Positions 55,201-64,000 of a DNA stretch of 64,000 nt are shown here, piece after piece. The stretch is from NCBI GenBank assembly GCA_946965045.2, contig OX337233.1:1364001-1428000 (forward strand), given 5' to 3'. The notes under the pieces were generated by a model. It was not told the origin of the DNA. It searched no databases and worked only from the letters and a program-made list of their open reading frames with translations. Made by a program: the position numbers and the translations under genes. Position 1 is the first letter of the stretch. Each line of letters opens with the position of its first letter. The stretch comes from Epithemia pelagica (taxonomy: Eukaryota > Protista > Bacillariophyta).

Positions 55201-57375
55201 CCGATTGTTGAGGCGACGATACTGAGCTATGAGCTCGTCGTCTGTTATATCAGCACGAGTTTCCCACGTACAATGTTCATAACCTAGTCCAGCCCACTTT
55301 ACCAGGTACATTGTTTGTTTGATTGTCTTCTTGGGAACATCGCCGAGTTCTGCACGTTTTCGAGCTGCGTTTTCGGCTACAGCGGAAAGCATTCTAGAGC
55401 CTTTGATTGACTTGAGTTTCGGTTTACACTCCGGGCAGTACCAGGCTTTTGAAGGTACTTTCTTTAACGGCGTCGGCAGACATTTGATGCTATACATAGC
55501 ATCACAGTGATCACATTGAGCCATTTCACTCTCAGGGGTTCCACATTTTCCATCGGTGATACGACAGGATGGCTCCCATGGACGTGCTCGAGGATCTGCC
55601 CACCGAAGATATCTCTCCCGAAAGTCTAATACCCATGCATGGTAGAGTCGTTCGAACTGCTTGGCCATGTAGTCCGCCACGTGCCAAATCATTGATCCAT
55701 GAAGATTATAAATTTTGCAGTTGTTCCAGATTTTTCTCATATCTCGAGCAAATTGTTCAGGAGCCTGGTACTTCTTCGTGGAAAGTTTTGTCCTCACAGT
55801 CCGCAAATCCATGGGAGTATCAACTATATCTATGTAGTCCGGGAATTCGTTGGTATCAACCGGCTCCAAGAAAATCTCGGCGAAACCGTCTGTAGTAAGA
55901 TGTTCCAAGACCATCGAACACCTTCTGAGTGGTTGCCACACTTCATTGGGTCGTTGGGCCTTTTCCATGAGAATTCTTTCGCGATCATACTGTTTTGATT
56001 CCTGCCTTGCAAGTTCTACGAATGGCTCTCGGTCTGTATCAGTCATGGTCTGCCATGTGTTTCCCATAAGAGTCATTAGCTCAGCCTGGGTTGAACGTGG
56101 ATTTCTCTTTTGAAAATATCCTCGCATAGTCCCCTGAAAGAACAGGTATGATGCTCGAGGCTTCCGTGGAGCTTCCTTTAAGTATCCGTCCCGGTATGGG
56201 TTGTCTGAGCCCTCAAATGTTGGATAATATGGGCCTTCTCGGTTGATGATTGCTTGGAGTTTCTCCAGCGGTATCTCGCTATAGGCTATTTCTTTATCTT
56301 CCCAGTCTTCCCCAACTTCGTTCCCTTGGTCTATAATTGAATACAAGTCACGCAACACCAGAAAGTCAGACATTGCCGCACATTTTACATGACAAAAGAC
56401 ATCTGCTATCTGCTTACCTTTCTTCTCCTCCTCGGATTTCGACTCTGTTTTGTTACCAGCATCTGAGATCGCTTTCGACGGAGACTCGCCATCTTCTTCG
56501 TCATCGTCCTCTTCAGCGGCCAGAGCGATTTCCTTTTCTCGCTGTTTCTCCCATTTCAACAGCTCTTTATCCGAGAGTTCGACGGTGATTTCTTGCTCCT
56601 GTTCGTCGACAATCTTTTGTGGCACCGCATAGGCCGGATCGAATTCAGGGTTCTCTATATCCTCTTCTGTCCCTTGGGCGATCTTTTTGAGGTAACGCCG
56701 ATATATTCCCTTGGCGCTCTTGTTCATTGATTCCAAGTCAGCTCCTCGTCGCCACTCCAGGTGAAGATACGAGCGCCCCCGGAACTTGACCAGATATTCG
56801 TATTCGGTCGGTCCGGAAGCTGCTGCATCGTTGGCGGAATCCTTCTTCTTGGGCGATGTTTTTTTGTTCTTACTTCTCCGGCTCCCTCTGGACCGTTTGA
56901 GAGACTCGTCATCTTCATCATCATTTTCCTCTTCCGCGTCGTCATCGTCATCTTTTTCAGCGGCATCTGCATCAATTTCTTCCTTTTCGTCCACCGGTCT
57001 CCGGCCAACAATGAGATCAATCTTTGGAGTCCCATCTTCTTCATATTCTGGAAGAAACGGGAAGCGTTCACGAATGGGAGGTAAGGACGGATCATACCCA
57101 GGCTCATTGTAGTACACACGCCCCGTCTCGTCGACTCCAGCGTCCTCTTGGGCGTTGCCCAGGCTTTTTCGGGAACTGCCGCCCTTGGAACGACGCCCAC
57201 CTCCGCCTCGTGACTTGCGGCCACGAGACGGGGCATCCTCGTCAGGGCTGTCTTCGAAGATATCTTCGTCACTAAACTCTTGTTCCTTGGCATAATTCAC
57301 CTTCTTGGTGGTCCTTCGACGAGACCGAGAGTTCTCCGGAGCAGGAGCTGCTGCTGCTGGAAGCTCTTCGGACAT
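49203..57375 (-). CDS. CHD-family (CHD6-9/Kismet-like) SNF2 chromatin remodeller with chromo, HMG, PHD, PDZ-like and three bromodomains (4 exons)
   Basis: ATG 57375; introns 53234-53298, 51983-52065 and 50034-50096 all keep frame. ATPase motifs [36 protein letters not shown] and [11 protein letters not shown]. Chromodomains [16 protein letters not shown] and [16 protein letters not shown]. Bromodomains FLEPV...PMDL...NCKIYN, FSEPV...PMDY...NCRKFN and FAEPV...PMDF...NCLLYN. Confidence 0.92.
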
Positions 57376-58799
57376 GTTTGGCTGTTGGCGGCAAACGAAG
57401 AAACACACACAAGCCAAAAAGATCAGATCAGAGTCCATGAGGTCAGAGCGACACAAAACAGGAAACAAGAAGACAACAGTGATGGACAACAAACTCCCAG
57501 CACTCTCAATACGACTGAATCAGCATGTCTTCTCTCTGTTACAGCGACAACGAGCGCCCATTGATGGATGGATGGATTGAGAGAGCTACAATCATTGTCG
57601 AACCCTCCAATGGCACGTTAGGATGGTGACGGCAGGTGGGAATGTGCTCTTGCAACCAGTTGAGGCCCAATCACCCACACCTTTTCCCCAACAAACCCAA
57701 GTGACATAGGGTTCATTGTAAAGAGAACAATTTCGAGAGAAAGAATATGTGGAAGGATTGTGCAAAGTGTGTGAAATGGTCCATGCCGATCCTGTGGATG
57801 CCACAAGATCGACCCGACCGAACATGAAACATGGCATTCTCTCCGGAGGGTTGAAAAACTCGACACAGACACGTTGAACTCTACAGTACCCCAGTACACA
57901 CAGAGCACGGCACGAACAAGGAAATTTTTCTGGGAACCAGGGGAGACCCAAAGTCGATCCAAACCAACACAATGGTTCCTTCCATCTTACCAATTGATCC
58001 AAACCACAAAACAAATGAATGGGTTCAATAATAATAACAAATCAAACAGACGTTCTTCCTCGTCTCCTTGTCTGCTTGGTACATCTTGGCATGAAACGGA
58101 GAGCGCTGGACTCGCCGTGGACACATCGGGAGATTTTAAATTTAAAAACATTAAGGAGACCCAAAAGCGACTTGATGTCGCATATCACTCCAAAGAACGA
58201 CTCTTATGCCCTTTCTTGCTATTAAATCCCGCGAGCATGTCTTCATCTGGCGGGACCAGCCACTCTAGGATAACGAACAGAGTCGAATCGGGAGTAAGAG
58301 TCATGCTGAAGTAAGCCTTGACAACGGTCATCCGTTGGATGGTGGAAAATGGGCTCCTTAGATAGTGTAGGATCTGCTTTCGTTGACTTTCCCGCCAAAA
58401 ACTTCCAATGCTTGGAACATGGCGGAGAAAACTCCAACTCCAGGATGGGCTTAAGTAATGACTAAAAAAAACATGGCAAGACGATGACCCTTTGATACTT
58501 CATACTTCATAGGCTTGCTTTACTTAACGCCAAGGGATACGTTAGCAAGAACAAACGGACGAGACACGAGACCGATAGGCACCGTTGCAACTTGTTTTCA
58601 CTCGTCCACACCGAAAGACAAGAAGCGCCACCAGAGCAACAACAGGCCCACCCATACACGATCCCCTTGTGTTCGCAACAACATATCAAATAGTATTCGA
58701 AAACCACTTGTCTCCTTCTCGGAAACGGCGGAGGATTGAACCCCAACACCCCAACCAAGACGTTTCGTCTCGAACAAGAGCTCATTCCGTTTTCACAGG

Positions 58800-61700
58800 A
58801 TGAAAGTAAAATGTGGAAGAGATCGAAGGTATATTCCCAAGGACGTGCTGGACGCGTCTCACTACAATACGGAAAATGGCGGTTCTCCCAACGACTCACA
58901 TGTACAAGCTCTGGGAATGGCCACGAGGTCGTCCTCGACGATTTTGCGGGACGAGAGAAACAACGAGGGGAAAAAGGGACCAACCTTTGTCTCGCACGAA
59001 AACCCGGCACTGGATGACAGTGGTCCACAACCGCCGCCTCTCCTGTCGACACCACCGAATGGCACTCACAGTGCGCGAATGAATCCTTCTTCCACGAGAC
59101 TGAAACGAGCGACTCTTCCGGTCGACCCCATCACGGAAACAACGGCTGTCCAACGATTGGTGGAGTACTTTGTAGTCATTTCCTGCCGACAATCCAACAC
59201 GGCTTGCCATCGAGGCCCTCCTCCACAAAGCAAGTCACATGGGCATTCGAGGGGCACGACTCGCGGAGGGGGCACCACTCGACCACTTCGGCCCGAATCT
59301 CGTGAAGAATCTCTTTCGTCGGAGGAAAGTGCCTCCCATCCACCCGAAACCAACAAAAAGAACTGGAAAAACTCCACTGGAGGTCTGGCATCCGGAGAGA
59401 AGGCTCCCACTCCACAGGAGCAATATTGTCAACCAAAAATTACTGCCCGATATCCACTCAAGGACCATCGTGACAATCCGCTCAATCCCATGATTCTTCA
59501 ATTTTGTTTCCCTACCGGTGAAGAAGTCACACCTTCCAAGTCCTACGAGTTACCCCGAATCCACTACTTTACCCTTACGAATGACCGAGGGCGAAAAGTG
59601 TACGGTATTTGCCTCACAGTGATGGAAGACTACCATCCATCTGTGGGAGAGAAGTGGACCCAACAAGCGGATATTAAGGAATCTTCTCGGGCGGATGTGA
59701 TTGAAGTGAGTGTGGACGAACCGGTGACCACTCTCTACGTACCCAAAGTACTGTGTTTGTTGAGTACGTGGCCCTATTTGACGGCCTTTCGAGAGTACTT
59801 GGCGCAGCTCTATCGACTGGCCACTGCCACAAATGTCATGACGGCACCGATCGAGAGATATATTGTCAATTTGTGTTGCGAAATCCCTGCTCCACCCCCC
59901 GGAGCCTACGAAATTCAGCTCTCCATTCTGGACTCGACAATTCGCTTTTGGGCCCCTCCGGCCAAGCTTCCCATTGCTTATGTCGCGCTTCCCTACAATG
60001 TTCTCTTTGAATGTCTGGACCTGGAACATATTCTCGAGCTGTTTTGTGCCCTCCTCATGGAACACAAAGTGGTGCTGGTTTCCAGCCAATATTCCATTCT
60101 GACAATCTGCAGTGAAATCTTGTGTTCCTTTTTATTTCCAATGAAATGGAGCCACTTGTACATACCCATACTACCAAAAATGCTGTGCCCCATGTTGGAT
60201 GCTCCAGGTAATTGGCTGAAACAAACGACACTCACGCTCACTCTGGAGAAACACTGATTTTGGTTCCCTTTGTGTTTTCGGTTTTGCTCTTTTTCACAGT
60301 TCCGTACATTTGCGGGGTAGTTCGTGAAAACTGGCTCCATGCCCAGGATCACGTGGCATCCGACGCAATCGTGGTGGATCTGGACCGCAACAAAATCAAA
60401 CTTGGATTTGAAACTCCAACAATCCCTTCCCCTCCCTCCAGGAAATGGAGTAAGTTGTCCATGACATTACGGCAATCCTTGGGCGACATATATGAAAGAG
60501 CACATGGCCACGATGCTTCGCATGACGGTCGGAAAACCGAGTCATTGAGACGACGAGATGTTAGGGAAAGTACTGTGTGGAAGGAGAAACTGGAAAGCTT
60601 GGATTTCGCCTTAAATTTGGCGTATTCGCCGGATTCCAACCTAATGGATGACTTCACGGCAGATGCCGCCATTGGTGCAAATGGACAAACACAATGGGAG
60701 ATTGTGCAAGAAGCCTTCTTGCGCTTTTTCGTCACTCTGTTTAAGGATTACCGAAAATACTTGAAAGTTCCGTTGCATGGGACTTCGCATGGACGGCCTT
60801 CTTTTGCCGTGGATGAGTTTTTACGTATCCAACCCCAAAACAATCTGCCATTTATGCAAGGTAAATATCGAAATTTTCTTTTTCCTTGTCACCCGTTCGG
60901 CCGTTGACCTCTGTTCTTATTTTTTGACAGGTATTTGTAGTACTCAACAATTTGATGACTTTATAACACGAAGGATGTACAGTCCGGGAGAACCCGAGTT
61001 GGTGTTTTTTGACCAGAGCATTGATGCCAAGATGAACCGAAGTAAATTGAAACTGAGAAAGGTGGAGACTCCATTTGTACAATACGCAAAAGCTCATAAA
61101 CAACTGAAGAAGATCAAGGCGATCGAGCCCAATGAAGAAGGACTCACTTCGTTCAACTTTGATCGGTTACTCAATCCTTATATTTATAAATGCTGGCCAG
61201 ATTTGCTGGATGAAAATCTGCTGTCCCATCCGCGCCCAGTCCCAAAAATGATTGCTGCTGAATTTGATCGACAGGCTTTGCATGTTTCGCGACTTCGAAT
61301 AGATGCGGGTGAAGTTGAGGAGGAAGAAGCTGAGTTTTTCGGTGGAGACTATGATCCATCTCCAGAAGTCGGAGCCTTTACTGTTTTCTTGTTTGCCTAT
61401 TCTGCCCTTGTTGGTTTGGAGTGGCAACAGTACAAAGAGAAAGCTCTTGAGGAACTTGAGCAAATGCCTCCTCGAATACCCACTGGAAGCTTGGAAATGC
61501 GAGAAGACCCAGAACCATATCGGGAAGAAGTGGAGGCAATCATAAATGCCGAGCATGCACAACAACTCACCTCCGATCAATGTGTTAATGATCAATGTGT
61601 TTCAGACTTGACGCTGGGCTTTTGCAGCAACTCCACTGGTGTTCAATCAACCCTTGTTTACGTGAACAAGAGTGCAGAAGAGACCTACACAGCTATACTC

Positions 61701-62924
61701 GCAAATGCCGCAAGTCGAATGGTGGAGCTTCAGCGAACTCTTAGCAACGACAAGGCGGAAGATGGAGAAAATCCGGGCGAAGCGAGGGCTGAGTATGAGG
61801 AAGCTCGAGAAGTTGCCTCGGCTCAGCTTGAGCTTGCATTCGAAACCCTGAAAACGGCGTCCATGAGAGGCCTTCCGGCCGATCTGGACGCGTACAAATC
61901 TCTGATGGAGGCGTGTGGCAGATGTGGGGATACTCAACGGGCGCTGCTGTTGATTGAATTGATGAAGAACGACGGATTTGTTCTCGACGGAGAGATCCTT
62001 TCGTGTTTTGTTCAAGCGTTTGCTCATGAACCCTCTGGGCTCGCCGCATCGGACGAAGAAAACGCTCCCTCTACTCCCCAATCGGTCGAGTTTTCCCCTG
62101 GTCGACTGAAGCATGATGCATATTCCGCATCCATACGGAAAGGTCTCGTGGCTTTGAAGGAGAAGGAGGGAAACGAAGACAGACCATGGCTGAGCTTTGG
62201 GAGTTTTACGAGAAAAAGATCAAACTCTTCGGATACCGATGATGTCTCTTCTCAGGAGGTGTCGTCTCACAATTCTCCCCAATCTACTGACACGGGTAGG
62301 AGCTCCCCCATGTTTGATTTGTCGGGTGGACGCGACTATCAGTCGCATAATCGCCAGGAAATTGCGAAACGAAGGAGACGGAAACGAAAACCCAAGCTCT
62401 CAAAAGAAAAGAAGGTTACTCAAATGGTTGCTACCCAGTTGGAACTTGGACAAATGGTTCTCGAATTCGTATACCCAGACCTCCAAATAGACACAAACAA
62501 ACAGTCGTGTCCTCACTGTTCCTACACCATGTCGGAAGATGAGGTGATTCAAGGATGGACGTCATGCTCCTTTGAAGACTTTACGACTAGTTGCATCAAA
62601 TGCCGACACCGTTTCGTTCCTCATTTCTCAGTGGCATGTTCCGCTCCGACATTTAAGGGTTCGCAAGGACCAGGAAGTGCTTTGTTTTGTGAGTTTCTCA
62701 GCCCTTGGGTAGTGCGCAAGGCTCTCCACCATGTTGTAAAAGGCGGGGGAGTGGGAATTCAAGGCATGCTCGACCCGGGTTGGCGTGGGGGAACGGACAT
62801 TCGTGCAACGCTCTTTTGGAACCTGATTGTTCTGTGTCGTCGATACAACCTACCGTATACATTTCTGCTTCAAGGCAGTGTGGAGGGGAGAATGATCCTT
62901 CCCCGAATGCCACAGGATATGTAG
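58800..62924 (+). CDS. DENN-domain Rab GEF, DENND4-like (3 exons)
   Basis: uDENN RLVEYFVVI/QFCFPTG/FTLTNDRGRKVYGICL, cDENN LMEHKVVL...WSHLYIPILP, dDENN EAFLRFFVTLFKDYRKYL, a PPR-like unit AYKSLMEACGRCG, and C-terminal CxxC pairs plus EFLSPW. Introns 60208-60299 and 60861-60930. Confidence 0.9.
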
Positions 62925-63259
62925 TGCTCGGAATCGCAAGTAGTCCTGACATGGGATTGCAGCCTCAAGGGTTGTTTCACGTTCCTCGCATGAGCGATCT
63001 GGGTTCATGGAATATTCTAACCAGTACTCTAGTGTCACGTGGTCTCGTTCAAAGTACCATCTCTGTAGGAGATACTTGCGCAGATATCTCCCTCCCTACC
63101 TACCTAGGTACTCCTAGGTAAATGTGTGTGGTGTTGATGAATTTTGCGGTGATATAGCGTGCGATATCCAAATAATGCGACTGGATTCTGGATCTTTTCC
63201 CGAAGATCTTTTCGAAAATGGCGAGTAACCGGTCTGGAGATGGGTGGAATGTGCACACG

Positions 63260-64000
63260 ATGAACAGACAACGAATACTACGACGGTTGTGGTGGATCGT
63301 ACCACTGCTATCTACCGAGCTTTGTTCCGGTCTGGTTGCCGCGGCTGCTCGTTCTTCTCCCGGTTGTTCCATTCGCGGATGGTTCCTCCTATACTCATCC
63401 ATCGGAATGATGCTACAGCAAACCCCGTCCAACTACCATGTAATGGGGTGGCAACCGACCATCAAACCTTGTTGGACAAGAGGAATGACCGTGACAAGCA
63501 AATGTCAACAGGACAGCGATTCCGAACACAACAAATCCACTGAACATTCGGAGGACCTGCCATCCAAACTCAACAATCATAAGAATCAACCTCGTCGTCG
63601 CGGCTTTCCGCTGAGTCGTATTACCGGAGATGGAACCCCCTATCAATTTGTTCCGTGGCGTCCCGTGTCCTGTCAAGTCCACTGGGCCAACTATTCATCC
63701 TCGCCCTTTACATCATACGATTTCTCTCGAATGGATACCTGGCACGATGGCTTGTTTTATGGACTCCCTCGTCTCGTCTACCATGTCGACGAACCAGCCG
63801 TGTGTGCCTTGGTGCAGTATTATCGGACCCGCATTGCGCCCCAGTCCCGCATTCTCGATATTGGTTCCTCGTGGACCAGTCATTATCCAACCGAATTTCC
63901 AGACACTATGCAACGAATTGCAGTCCTGGGCATGAATGCGATGGAATTGTATTGCAATGATCAAGTCGTGGCGGATCCAACACAACACACATGGGACCAG
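63260..64000 (+). CDS. SAM-dependent methyltransferase (type-11-like), 3' end beyond the window
   Basis: Not in the ORF track. Manual translation from ATG 63260 is open to the window end: ...DFSRMDTWHDGLFYGLPRLVYHVDEPAVCAL...RILDIGSSWTSHYP...LGMNAMEL. This resembles the plant/cyanobacterial methyltransferases with PRxVxHID and LDLxSSWxSH motifs. Confidence 0.75.
   Translation, partial: MNRQRILRRLWWIVPLLSTELCSGLVAAAARSSPGCSIRGWFLLYSSIGMMLQQTPSNYHVMGWQPTIKPCWTRGMTVTSKCQQDSDSEHNKSTEHSEDLPSKLNNHKNQPRRRGFPLSRITGDGTPYQFVPWRPVSCQVHWANYSSSPFTSYDFSRMDTWHDGLFYGLPRLVYHVDEPAVCALVQYYRTRIAPQSRILDIGSSWTSHYPTEFPDTMQRIAVLGMNAMELYCNDQVVADPTQHTWDQ

Noticed and set aside
1-64000. Prokaryotic-style defence system, operon, CRISPR, rRNA or tRNA
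   Set aside because: Spliceosomal introns and eukaryotic gene families throughout. No repeat-spacer array or structured RNA gene was recognised by eye; tRNAscan/Infernal would be needed to exclude small RNAs.

Overview
Gene-dense eukaryotic DNA, most likely from a pennate diatom. This is inferred from two fucoxanthin-chlorophyll binding protein (Lhcf) genes with AAA-FAP bipartite presequences, short 63-133 bp GT-AG introns and a diatom-type HSF. I support 18 protein-coding loci: purple acid phosphatase (runs off the left end), NSUN2-type RNA m5C methyltransferase, GT8 glycosyltransferase, three Sen1/Upf1-like SF1 helicase paralogs, CDF metal transporter, a PP2A-B56-like/AGC-kinase fusion, a small basic orphan, a membrane-anchored kinase-like protein, an A1 aspartic protease, a spliced HSF-PAS gene, a PPR protein, a stand-alone eEF3-type HEAT protein, SAM-kinesin-13, a multi-reader CHD remodeller, a DENND4-like protein and a methyltransferase (runs off the right end). 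The divergent Lhcf pair brings the total to 20. The most notable observations are: (1) the B56-kinase fusion, which carries its own LxxIxE B56-docking motifs; (2) the local Sen1-like helicase expansion, with an in-frame duplicated N-domain and signs of 3' gene conversion; (3) the HSF-PAS fusion; (4) a recurrent intergenic TAGGAGTA/TACTCCTA motif. No rRNA, tRNA, CRISPR array or intact transposon was recognised. All homology calls are by-eye motif recognition, with no database search.
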